From the NCBI RefSeq assembly GCF_001457595.1, contig NZ_LN831039.1, positions 1,950,001 to 1,982,000 on the forward strand: a DNA stretch of 32,000 nt, written 5' to 3'. Below are positions 1-10,783 of this stretch, one piece after another (positions within the stretch are counted from its first letter, which is position 1; each line of letters opens with the position of its first letter). The notes beneath the pieces were generated by a model. That model ran no database searches, had not been told where the DNA came from, and saw only the letters and a program-made list of their open reading frames with translations. Origin of the DNA: Mycolicibacterium smegmatis. Lineage in GTDB: Bacteria; Actinomycetota; Actinomycetes; Mycobacteriales; Mycobacteriaceae. Both the position numbers and the translations under genes were made by a program.

Positions 1-1
1 G

Positions 2-523
2 GCGCGGATCTGGGATGTCCCCGACGAACCGGTCGGCATCGGCGTCTCACTGACAGGCGAGAGGGCCCTCGACAAACTCGCGGTCTCGACGGACCACCTG
101 ATCAACGCCGCGCCGGACGCGGCGGTGGTCGAGGGATGGCGCAAGCGCCGTGAGGCCACCGGAATACTGCCCGCGGGCCGCGTGGTCGGACAGATACCGG
201 TGTGCTGGGATCCCGACAAGGACGCCGCCATCGCCCGCGCACACGATCAGTTCCGGTGGTTCGCCGGCGGGTGGGCGGTGAACGCCGACCTGCCCACCCC
301 GGCCGGTTTCGCGGCCGCGACACAGTTCGTGCGGCCCGAGGACGTCGCGTCGGCCATTCCCTGCGGTCCCGACCTCGACGCGATCGTCGCCGCCGTCGAC
401 GAGTACCGCCAGGCGGGCTTCACCGATATCGCGCTGATCCAGATCGGTGGCGACAGCCAGGAGCAGTTCCTTGCCGAGGCCGCCAAGCCGCTACTCGCGG
501 CGCTGCGCGAGAGTGCCGGGTGA
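2..523 (+). CDS. LLM-class F420-dependent oxidoreductase (G6PDH-like family), C-terminal part; 5' end lies outside the window
   Basis: The frame is open from position 2 and runs into listed ORF 125..523. The C-terminal sequence (CWDPDKDAAIARAHDQFRWFAGGW ... CGPDLDAIVAAVDEYRQAGFTDIALIQIGGD) resembles the last third of luciferase-like F420-dependent dehydrogenases. GC3 is high. Confidence 0.65.
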   Translation, partial: ARIWDVPDEPVGIGVSLTGERALDKLAVSTDHLINAAPDAAVVEGWRKRREATGILPAGRVVGQIPVCWDPDKDAAIARAHDQFRWFAGGWAVNADLPTPAGFAAATQFVRPEDVASAIPCGPDLDAIVAAVDEYRQAGFTDIALIQIGGDSQEQFLAEAAKPLLAALRESAG

Positions 524-1054
524 GGCGGCCGTCGAGCCGGGACGACCGCCCATGGGCTGCCCCGACCGCATGGTGAACGGCCAGACGATCCAACAACCCA
601 CGAACACAACCAGTGCCACCGCACCCGCGGTGAATCCGGCCGGGCGGCCGGCGACGGTGTCGAAGATGATCAGCACCACGCCCGCCATCGCGAACCCCAG
701 CAACAGCAGTCCCGCGTAGGCGCAGCGGTGTGCCGCGGTCACCACGAGATTCATCCGGTGACGCCGGAACACCATGCGGTGCATGGCAACCGGAGCCACG
801 AGCAGCGCGGTGGATCCGGCCGAGCACGCGACGGTGATCAGGAAGACCGTGCGCATGGTCCCGTCGAGAACGTCGAACTCCTCCTGGAACGGCAGGGTCA
901 ACAGCAGGCCGGTGAGTAGCTGGACGCCCGTCTGCACCACACGGAGTTCCTGCAACAGGTTGTTCCAGTTACGGTCGAGCCGTTCGGCCTCGGTCTCGTT
1001 GCGCGCCACCCCGGGAGGCCGTTTGTCGTCGTGGGCGCGCATGTGGTCGATCAT
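491..1054 (-). CDS. DUF6328-family integral membrane protein
   Basis: This is the C-terminal 187 codons of listed ORF 491..1825(-), starting at the ATG at 1054..1052 (MIDHMRAHDD...). It carries the motif ETEAERLDRNWNNLLQELRVVQTGVQLLTGLLLTLPFQ followed by hydrophobic helices, typical of DUF6328. The upstream part of the long ORF is Arg-rich shadow sequence antisense to chaB. Confidence 0.7.
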   Translation of the reverse strand: MIDHMRAHDDKRPPGVARNETEAERLDRNWNNLLQELRVVQTGVQLLTGLLLTLPFQEEFDVLDGTMRTVFLITVACSAGSTALLVAPVAMHRMVFRRHRMNLVVTAAHRCAYAGLLLLGFAMAGVVLIIFDTVAGRPAGFTAGAVALVVFVGCWIVWPFTMRSGQPMGGRPGSTAASPGTLAQRRE

Positions 1055-1109
1055 GCATCGCCGACGACGAACCCGGTACAAAAGGCGCGTTTCCGGGTAC
1101 GTCTGAGGT

Positions 1110-1241
1110 ATGGACGGCGGTTCGCCGCACATGCTGCGGCGCCTTCTCATCTCACTGGCGCTGATTCTGGCCGTGGTGATCGCGATCGTCGCAGCGGTGT
1201 ACGCGATGGCGTTCATCATGCTCGCCCCGATGATGACCTGA
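1110..1241 (+). CDS. Candidate small hydrophobic membrane peptide, 43 aa (36 aa from the internal ATG at 1131)
   Basis: Hand translation gives MDGGSPHMLRRLLISLALILAVVIAIVAAVYAMAFIMLAPMMT*. It has one clear transmembrane helix after RR, G/C at the third position of most codons, and is too short for the ORF track. GAGG at 1105-1108 is too close to ATG 1110, so the true start is uncertain. Confidence 0.35.
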   Translation: MDGGSPHMLRRLLISLALILAVVIAIVAAVYAMAFIMLAPMMT

Positions 1242-1251
1242 GGTGGTCGAG

Positions 1252-1278
1252 GGTTTCCCGAATGCCGACGTTGGGCAT
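1252..1278 (+). promoter_or_regulatory. SigF-type promoter candidate upstream of chaB-rsbW-sigF (GGTTT-N16-GGGCAT)
   Basis: GGTTT at 1252-1256, a 16-nt spacer, then GGGCAT at 1273-1278, 65 nt upstream of the chaB start. It matches the reported mycobacterial SigF consensus (about GGTTT-N15-17-GGGTAT) at 10 of 11 positions. Confidence 0.45.
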
Positions 1279-1342
1279 CCGGTGGGGCGGACAGCGGAAT
1301 CGATACATGAAGACGTGAGGGACCCGAGAGGAAGTGGTCACG

Positions 1343-1762
1343 GTGCCGAAGACGACCCGTCAGGGTGCGGCCAAGAAGAGCGAACTGCCGAGCACACTGA
1401 AGAAGTCGGACGCCAAGGCGCAGCGGACCTTTGCCAAGGCGCACGACGCGGCGGCCGAAGAGTACGGCGAAGGGGAGCGCGCCCACCGCGTCGCGTACTC
1501 CGCGCTGAAGCACAGCTACGAGAAGGTGGGCGACCACTGGGAGGCCAAGACGCGTCGTGGCCCGTCCGATCAGCGCGCACGTGGCGGCGGTCCGAACGCG
1601 AAGGGCAAGACGGCCGAAGGCGTGGACGCGCACGCCAGCAAGGCCCACCTGCTGCAGATCGCCAGGCGCCTCGACATCCGGGGCCGCTCGACGATGAACA
1701 AGGGCGACCTGGTGACCGCTATCGAGAAGGCGAACCGGCGCGAAACCCGGGCCAGGCGTTGA
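1343..1762 (+). CDS. chaB: ChaB-family protein with a C-terminal Rho-N-like domain; first gene of the sigF operon
   Basis: Listed ORF 1334..1762. The N-terminus PKTTRQGAAKKSELPSTLKKSDAKAQRTFAKAHDAAAEEYGEGERAHRVAYSALKHSYEKVGDHW is ChaB-like. The tail HLLQIARRLDIRGRSTMNKGDLVTAIEKA is Rho-termination-factor-N-like. GTG 1343 sits 9 nt after GAGAGGAAG and is preferred over GTG 1334. Confidence 0.8.
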   Translation: MPKTTRQGAAKKSELPSTLKKSDAKAQRTFAKAHDAAAEEYGEGERAHRVAYSALKHSYEKVGDHWEAKTRRGPSDQRARGGGPNAKGKTAEGVDAHASKAHLLQIARRLDIRGRSTMNKGDLVTAIEKANRRETRARR

Positions 1763-1865
1763 ACCGCCACCGCGGGCCGTGTGATCCGGCAGCGGAACAA
1801 GGAGTGGCGCGGTGAATCCACCCACCCGCCTGAGGTACTGTCGGTCACAAATTCCAGGAGGTCAG

Positions 1866-2282
1866 ATGGCGGAAACACCCGCTCGGGGCGAGCGGTCGGT
1901 AGAGATCCGCGTCGCCGCGATGTTGGAGAACCTGGCGGTGGTGCGCACCGTGGTCGCTGCGATCGCAACGTTCGAGGACCTCGACTTCGACGTGGTCGCG
2001 GATCTGCGGCTGGCGGTCGACGAGGCATGCACCACGTTGATCAGGTCGGCGGTGCCTGACGCGACGCTCGTCCTGCGGGTGGATCCCGGTCCCGATGCCG
2101 TGGTTATCTCCACGTCCACGGTGTGTATCGGCGACAATGTCGTCGAGCCCGGCAGTTTCAGCTGGCACGTGCTGAGTTCTCTCACCGACGAGGTGAACAC
2201 ATTCACAGATGGGTCCGGGCCTGAAGAGGGGCAGGTGTTCGGCATCACGATGACCACGAGGCGAGCGAGCCTGCTGCGGTGA
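1866..2282 (+). CDS. rsbW: Anti-sigma-F factor (serine kinase-type, RsbW/UsfX)
   Basis: In frame with listed ORF 1812..2282. ATG 1866 lies 4 nt after AGGAGG (1856-1861). The sequence is similar to mycobacterial RsbW. Its stop TGA (2280-2282) overlaps the sigF GTG (2279-2281). Confidence 0.85.
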   Translation: MAETPARGERSVEIRVAAMLENLAVVRTVVAAIATFEDLDFDVVADLRLAVDEACTTLIRSAVPDATLVLRVDPGPDAVVISTSTVCIGDNVVEPGSFSWHVLSSLTDEVNTFTDGSGPEEGQVFGITMTTRRASLLR

Positions 2283-3031
2283 CGTCGGAATACGCAGACG
2301 TTCTCGACATGTTCCGCGAGCTCGCGGGGACAACCGAGGGTTCGCCGAGCTACGTCCGCCAGCGCGAGAAGATCGTCGAGCGGTGCCTTCCGCTCGCCGA
2401 CCACATCGCGCGGCGCTTCGACGGTCGAGGGGAGCCCCGCGAGGATCTGGTGCAGGTCGCGCGAGTGGGCTTGGTGAACGCGGTGAACCGGTTCGACGTG
2501 GAAGCCGGCTCGGACTTCGTGTCGTTCGCCGTGCCCACGATCATGGGCGAGGTCCGCAGGCACTTCCGCGACAACAGCTGGTCGGTGAAGGTGCCTCGCC
2601 GGCTCAAGGAACTCCACTTGCGGCTCGGAGCCGCGACCGCCGAGCTCTCGCAGCGCTTGGGCCGGGCGCCCACCGCATCGGAGCTGGCGCACGAACTGGA
2701 CATGGATCGCGAAGAGGTGGTCGAAGGCCTCATCGCGGGCAGTTCGTACAACACGCTGTCCATCGACAGCGGCGGCGGTGGCGACGAGGAAGCCCCCGCG
2801 ATCGTCGACACGCTCGGCGATCTCGACATGGGCCTCGACCAGATCGACAACCGCGAATCGCTGCGCCCGCTGCTGGCCAGCCTGCCGGAGCGCGAGCGCA
2901 CCGTGCTGGTGCTGCGATTCTTCGAATCGATGACGCAGACCCAGATCGCCGAGCGGGTCGGCATCTCGCAGATGCACGTCTCCCGTCTGCTGGCCAAGTC
3001 GCTGGCGCGGCTGCGCGACCAGCTGCAGTAG
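2279..3031 (+). CDS. sigF: Alternative RNA polymerase sigma factor SigF
   Basis: 250 aa, near-identical over long blocks to M. tuberculosis SigF (LVQVARVGLVNAVNRFDVE..., FAVPTIMGEVRRHFRDNSWSVKVPRRLKELHLRLG, TQTQIAERVGISQMHVSRLLAK). It is translationally coupled to rsbW. Confidence 0.95.
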   Translation: MTSEYADVLDMFRELAGTTEGSPSYVRQREKIVERCLPLADHIARRFDGRGEPREDLVQVARVGLVNAVNRFDVEAGSDFVSFAVPTIMGEVRRHFRDNSWSVKVPRRLKELHLRLGAATAELSQRLGRAPTASELAHELDMDREEVVEGLIAGSSYNTLSIDSGGGGDEEAPAIVDTLGDLDMGLDQIDNRESLRPLLASLPERERTVLVLRFFESMTQTQIAERVGISQMHVSRLLAKSLARLRDQLQ

Positions 3032-3056
3032 CCGGCGGCCGGCGCACACTGGTGGC

Positions 3057-3605
3057 ATGTCGGAACCTCCCGTCGTCGCAGGCGTGGTACTCGCGGCAGG
3101 GGCGGGAACTCGCTTCGGAATGCCGAAAGTGCTTGCCGCCGAAGGTGACTGGCTGAAGACTGCAGTACGTTCCCTGGTCGAGGGCGGCTGCGCGCACGTC
3201 GTCGTCGTGCTCGGCGCAGCCGTCGTCGACGTACCGCAACCGGCCCAGGCCGTCGTGGCCACCGACTGGTCCGACGGATTGTCCGCGTCGCTACGCGCCG
3301 GGGTCGGGGCCGCCGCGCGCACCGGTGCCGACCTGATCGTGTTCAGGCTCGTCGACACACCGGACATCGGCGGTGACGTCATCGCGCGGGTGGCCGCAGC
3401 CGCAGGCGAGTCCGGTCTGGCGCGGGCGACCTACGACGGCAGGCCCGGGCATCCCGTGGTGATCGCCCGCCGGCACTGGCCGGAATTGCTTCGCGTGGTC
3501 CACGGTGACGAGGGGGCCAAGCCGTTCCTGCGCGGGCGCACCGACGTCGTCGCCGTCGAATGCGGCGATCTGGCCACCGGGGCCGACATCGACGTCAGCC
3601 CGTGA
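3057..3605 (+). CDS. MobA-like NTP-transferase domain protein (nucleotidyltransferase family)
   Basis: The N-terminal GVVLAAGAGTRFGMPK nucleotide-binding loop, LVDTPDIG and GRPGHPVV motifs are typical of MobA/MocA-type nucleotidyltransferases. Confidence 0.75.
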   Translation: MSEPPVVAGVVLAAGAGTRFGMPKVLAAEGDWLKTAVRSLVEGGCAHVVVVLGAAVVDVPQPAQAVVATDWSDGLSASLRAGVGAAARTGADLIVFRLVDTPDIGGDVIARVAAAAGESGLARATYDGRPGHPVVIARRHWPELLRVVHGDEGAKPFLRGRTDVVAVECGDLATGADIDVSP

Positions 3606-3951
3606 CGGATGTGCCGTTCGGCCCCTGCGGACCCAGGCCCAGCATCGCCCCGGCGAACCGTCGCACGCTGTCCTCGGCGATCCGCGCGGCGTCGGTGTGG
3701 CCGGCCCTGGCCCTGCTGTGCACCTCGGCCGTCGCGGGATCGAGGGTGACCTCGGCGAGCATCTCGCCCGTGGTGGGTTCACACACCGCCCACGAGTAGC
3801 ACGTGTCCGAGGCCCACTGCGCCTCGCGCCTGGTGACATGGTCCGGGTCGGTCTCGCCGAGCTCGGAGAGCGCCGGCCGGTCGTCCATCAGATCGTCGGC
3901 CCGTAACGCGCGCAGATACCAAGAGCCCGCGTTGATTTCGACAGGTTCCAT
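3595..3951 (-). CDS. Hypothetical protein (118 aa)
   Basis: Part of listed ORF 3595..4014(-). ATG 3951..3949 (MEPVEINAGSWYLRALRADD...) is the preferred start. Codon bias is coding-like. I recognise no family. It overlaps the convergent upstream gene by 11 nt. Confidence 0.5.
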   Translation of the reverse strand: MEPVEINAGSWYLRALRADDLMDDRPALSELGETDPDHVTRREAQWASDTCYSWAVCEPTTGEMLAEVTLDPATAEVHSRARAGHTDAARIAEDSVRRFAGAMLGLGPQGPNGTSVTG

Positions 3952-4051
3952 CGTGTTCCCAAATGTCGCGAGGCTGTAGTTACCGGGGAGTGCTCTCGCA
4001 CGATCCCACGACAACTACAGCCTCGGCGGTCGAGTTCGGGCCGGTTCCGGC

Positions 4052-5886
<1,835 letters not shown>

Positions 5887-6100
5887 AATCTATCGCGGGC
5901 AGTTTATGCGCCGCGCATCGAGCCTGCTCCACGCGGTCCGGTTACCCGCGGGTAAGTTCGGTCGGAATGGATTGTGTGTGGCAGCTTTCGGCCGCCGATC
6001 GGCCGCTGGCCAGCACAAACCGTTGCGTCGCCCGATGCGGCTCCATCTTTGCTGTCACCTTCCTGATCGCCCGAAATTCTCAGAAACCGCGTCGGGGTGT

Positions 6101-6120
6101 CGGCCGGCGATCGCCGGCCG
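6101..6120 (-). terminator. Perfect 20-bp palindrome CGGCCGGCGATCGCCGGCCG; possible terminator hairpin after the sseA/sufE-like operon
   Basis: The sequence is self-complementary, lies 123 nt downstream of the sufE-like stop on the minus strand, and has no U-tract. Confidence 0.3.
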
Positions 6121-6242
6121 CCGCACCACGTGGTGACGGAGGGCTACCCGTTCTCGCCGACTCCCGAACCGGAAAGTGGCGACCACTCGACCGGTATGCC
6201 GCCTTGGTCCGAAAGCGGTTGCCGCTCAGCGATTCTCGTGGA

Positions 6243-6653
6243 TCAGGCGGTGCGCAGGCGCCGCTTGATGCGGGTCAGCATCGCCGACATGCCGCGCAAC
6301 CGCAGCGGGCTTATGAGCGCCGCGAGTCCCAGCTCGGAGTAGAAGTCGTCGGGAACCGCGAGGATGTCGGCCGCAGGCTGACCGTCGAGGCCGGCGGCCA
6401 GGATCGCCGCGAATCCCCGCGTGGTCGGGGCCTCGGCCGGTGCGCTGAAGTACAGACGCACGGCCTGGGGATCTGACGCGTCGACATCGAGGAACAGTGG
6501 CGACTGGCATTCCGGTACCGGTTCCATCGCCGCCTCCTCGAGGTGGGCAGGCAACGGCGGCAGCTCGTTGGCGAACTCCAGCAACAGTTGCAGCTTGTCC
6601 TGACCGGCCACTTCCTGGAAGTCCGAGACCACCTCTGCCAGGGCAGCCGGCAT
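6243..6653 (-). CDS. SufE-like sulfur-acceptor protein (Rv3284-like)
   Basis: Part of listed ORF 6243..6725(-). ATG 6653..6651 lies 2 nt after the sseA stop. The PECQSPLFL active-site Cys motif and the C-terminal [18 protein letters not shown] are SufE-like. The position after sseA matches M. tuberculosis. Confidence 0.85.
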   Translation of the reverse strand: MPAALAEVVSDFQEVAGQDKLQLLLEFANELPPLPAHLEEAAMEPVPECQSPLFLDVDASDPQAVRLYFSAPAEAPTTRGFAAILAAGLDGQPAADILAVPDDFYSELGLAALISPLRLRGMSAMLTRIKRRLRTA

Positions 6654-6655
6654 GG

Positions 6656-7543
6656 TCACGGTGCCGAACCCGGGTCCGGACCGACCGCGACCGGCACCCG
6701 CACCGCGTTGCCCCACTCGGTCCACGAACCGTCGTAGTTGCGGACGCCCGGCAGGCCCAGCAGGTGGGTCAACACGAACCAGGTGTGGCTCGAACGCTCA
6801 CCAATGCGGCAGTACACCACGGTCTCGTCATCGGGCGTGAGGAAGCCGTACAGCTCTTCGAGCTCGGCGCGGCTGCGGAACTGGCCGTTGTCCTTGGCGG
6901 CCTTGCCCCAGGGGATGGATTTGGCGGTGGGGATGTGGCCACCCCGCAACGCACCTTCCTCCGGGTAATCCGGCATGTGGGTCCGTTCACCGGTGTACTC
7001 CTGCGGCGAGCGGACGTCGATCAGCGGCTGCTTGCCGAGAATCTCCAGCACGTCCTCTTTGAAGGCGCGGATCGGGGCGTCGTTGCGCTCGACGACCGGG
7101 TACCCGCTCGACTGGCGCGTCGGCACGTCCAGGGTGGTGTCACGACCGTGTGAGACCCACAGGTCGCGCCCGCCGTCGAGCAGGCGCACATCCGGGTGAC
7201 CGAACAGCGTGAAGACCCACAGGGCGTATGCGGCCCACCAGTTGCTCTTGTCGCCGTAGATGACGACGGTGTCGTCGCGGCTGATGCCCTTGCGGTCCAT
7301 CAACGCGGCGAACTGCTCACCGTTGATGTAGTCCCGCACGTGGGGGTCGTTGAGGTCGGTGTGCCAGTCGATCTTCACCGCCCCGGGGATGTGTCCGGTG
7401 TCGTAGAGGAGGACGTCTTCGTCGGACTCGACGATGGCCAGGCCGGGCCGACCGAGGTTACTGGCGAGCCAGTCGGCGGTCACCAGGCGTTCCGGGTGGG
7501 CGTATTCGGCGAGAGTGGGGCTGGGATCTGCAGGCAGCGACAC
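6656..7543 (-). CDS. sseA: Thiosulfate/3-mercaptopyruvate sulfurtransferase (tandem rhodanese)
   Basis: 295 aa, about 85% identical by eye to M. tuberculosis SseA ([25 protein letters not shown]..., the active-site loop [17 protein letters not shown]). GTG start at 7543. Confidence 0.93.
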   Translation of the reverse strand: MSLPADPSPTLAEYAHPERLVTADWLASNLGRPGLAIVESDEDVLLYDTGHIPGAVKIDWHTDLNDPHVRDYINGEQFAALMDRKGISRDDTVVIYGDKSNWWAAYALWVFTLFGHPDVRLLDGGRDLWVSHGRDTTLDVPTRQSSGYPVVERNDAPIRAFKEDVLEILGKQPLIDVRSPQEYTGERTHMPDYPEEGALRGGHIPTAKSIPWGKAAKDNGQFRSRAELEELYGFLTPDDETVVYCRIGERSSHTWFVLTHLLGLPGVRNYDGSWTEWGNAVRVPVAVGPDPGSAP

Positions 7544-7692
7544 ACCATGAGCCTACCGCCGAGAGCACGGGTGTTGTCGGGGCACTGGGGCGTAACGCCT
7601 GATCGCCGCCCCGAATCACTGCACGTTCGCCCAGTTCGGCGGCGTCAGGTTCCATCTGTGGGCGTTGCGATGGCTGACGGTTGCCAACCAGG

Positions 7693-7953
7693 TCAGGCCG
7701 TGAACACCACCTCATAGGCCACGGCGTAGCGGCGGGGCCCGGACTTGGTGCGGAAGAGGGATCCGCCGTCCTGGCACCACGTGACGACCCGCAGGAGGCG
7801 TTTGCCCGGTGCGAGCCGCTTGGCGATCACATCGGCGAATGCGGCGCGCAGCCGCTCCAGATCATGAGTCTCGATGTCACGTTCAACCCGGACATCCCAC
7901 ATCGTTTCTTCGACCGGCATCGCCCCAGTGTCGACCGATGTGATCCGATTCAC
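7693..7953 (-). CDS. Hypothetical small protein (86 aa; 75 aa from the ATG at 7920)
   Basis: Listed ORF with strong G/C third-position bias on hand translation. I recognise no family. There is no counterpart at this position in M. tuberculosis. Confidence 0.5.
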   Translation of the reverse strand: MNRITSVDTGAMPVEETMWDVRVERDIETHDLERLRAAFADVIAKRLAPGKRLLRVVTWCQDGGSLFRTKSGPRRYAVAYEVVFTA

Positions 7954-8022
7954 ACCTTTGTGCCCGGCGTGCCGCCCGCTGAGTTTGGTTGCAATTTGGT
8001 CACCGTCCGGTCAGTGGACCGT

Positions 8023-8055
8023 CACGACACGCATTCTGCCCGTGGGCGTGTCGTG
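8023..8055 (-). terminator. Hairpin (10-bp perfect stem CACGACACGC/GCGTGTCGTG, 13-nt loop) 20 nt downstream of the maf stop
   Basis: The inverted repeat 8023-8032 / 8046-8055 was read directly. It lies at the end of the accD5-accE5-maf operon. There is no U-tract, which is common for mycobacterial terminators. Confidence 0.4.
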
Positions 8056-8075
8056 GTCAGCCGGATAATCCGCGC

Positions 8076-8711
8076 TCACCGGCCGTTGGCGGACCAGAGG
8101 TCCGCGACCGACACTTCAAGGCGCTCGAACAACGCCCGCAGCACCGGCAGGCTCACCCCGATCACGTTCGACGGATCGCCCTCGATGCGGTCGATGAACC
8201 AGCCGCCCAATCCGTCGAGCGTGAATGCGCCTGCCACCCAGAGCGGTTCGCCGGTCGCCAGGTACGCCGACAGATCGTCAGGTGAGGGGGTGCCGAAATG
8301 CACTGTGGTGCCTGATGATTCGGTGACATTGCCGACGATCTCGCCGTCGTGCAACCGGATCACGCAGTGCCCGGTGACCAGGTCCGCCGACCGCCCGGAC
8401 ATGGTCTGCCACTGGCGGTGTGCGGCGTCCACCGAACCGGGTTTACCGCACAGTTTTCCGTCGAGAAGCAGCATCGAATCACAGCCGATGACTACGGCGT
8501 CTGCGGCGTCCGAGTGGGACAGGCGCGTCACGACCTCCCCGGCCTTGGCGGACGCCAGGGCCGTGACGACCTGATCCGGTGGAGCCGAGGGGTGCGCGGC
8601 GATGATCGCGTCCTCATCGACATCCGAGACCACGACCAGCGGTTCGATGCCGGCGTTGCGCAGAACGCTCAGCCGGCCCGACGACGCCGAACCCAGAACG
8701 ACTCGGGTCAT
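8076..8711 (-). CDS. maf: Maf-like nucleoside triphosphate pyrophosphatase (Rv3282-like)
   Basis: 211 aa with [31 protein letters not shown] and [30 protein letters not shown] motifs of the Maf family. Its position is syntenic with M. tuberculosis. Confidence 0.9.
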   Translation of the reverse strand: MTRVVLGSASSGRLSVLRNAGIEPLVVVSDVDEDAIIAAHPSAPPDQVVTALASAKAGEVVTRLSHSDAADAVVIGCDSMLLLDGKLCGKPGSVDAAHRQWQTMSGRSADLVTGHCVIRLHDGEIVGNVTESSGTTVHFGTPSPDDLSAYLATGEPLWVAGAFTLDGLGGWFIDRIEGDPSNVIGVSLPVLRALFERLEVSVADLWSANGR

Positions 8712-8736
8712 GAGTGGGACACGGGCTTCATAAGAG

Positions 8737-8807
8737 GCTCATCTGAACCCGATGTTCTTCGCGCAAGCAGCTCATCTGAACCCGATGTTCTTCGCGCAAG
8801 CGGCTCA

Positions 8808-8810
<3 letters not shown>
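8737..8810. repeat. 33-bp tandem repeat, 2 full copies plus an 8-nt partial copy, filling the accE5-maf intergenic region (MIRU-like)
   Basis: Units at 8737-8769 and 8770-8802 (GCTCATCTGAACCCGATGTTCTTCGCGCAAGC[A/G]) differ at one base. The partial copy GCTCATCA at 8803-8810 contains the accE5 stop codon. Confidence 0.9.
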
Positions 8811-10747
<1,937 letters not shown>

Positions 10748-10766
10748 TCACGATGGTATCCGCATC

Positions 10767-10783
10767 CTTAAGACGCGTCTAAG
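10767..10783 (-). promoter_or_regulatory. AT-rich palindrome CTTAGACGCGTCTTAAG (gene orientation), 22 nt upstream of the accD5 start; related to the accA3 leader motif and possibly overlapping a -35 element
   Basis: Plus strand CTTAAGACGCGTCTAAG, with a perfect 10-bp palindromic core AGACGCGTCT. In gene orientation, TAGACG-N17-TACCAT could be a core promoter ending 8 nt before the ATG. The IS target duplication CTAAG is the outer end of this motif. Confidence 0.35.

Noticed and set aside
491-1825. 444-aa minus-strand ORF taken at face value
   Set aside because: Only the last 187 codons (491..1054) look like a real DUF6328 protein. The N-terminal 257 codons are antisense to chaB and to the small hydrophobic ORF, and are Arg-rich.
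1862-3382. 506-aa minus-strand ORF spanning rsbW, sigF and the nucleotidyltransferase gene
   Set aside because: It overlaps three well-supported forward genes. The translation is Ser/Thr/Ala/Arg-rich and has no motifs.
6144-6170. Minus-strand GGTTC-N16-GGGTAG, a weak SigF-like motif upstream of accA3
   Set aside because: It has mismatches in both elements, including the last -10 position. I cannot separate it from background without a matrix scan.
5967-6476. 169-aa plus-strand ORF across the accA3 upstream region and the sufE-like 3' end
   Set aside because: The translation is Arg-rich and partly antisense to the sufE-like gene. It has no motifs.
7582-7607. GGGGCG...CGCCCC 6-bp stem downstream of the 7693..7953 gene
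   Set aside because: The stem is short, the loop is 14 nt and there is no U-tract. Such pairings are frequent in GC-rich DNA.
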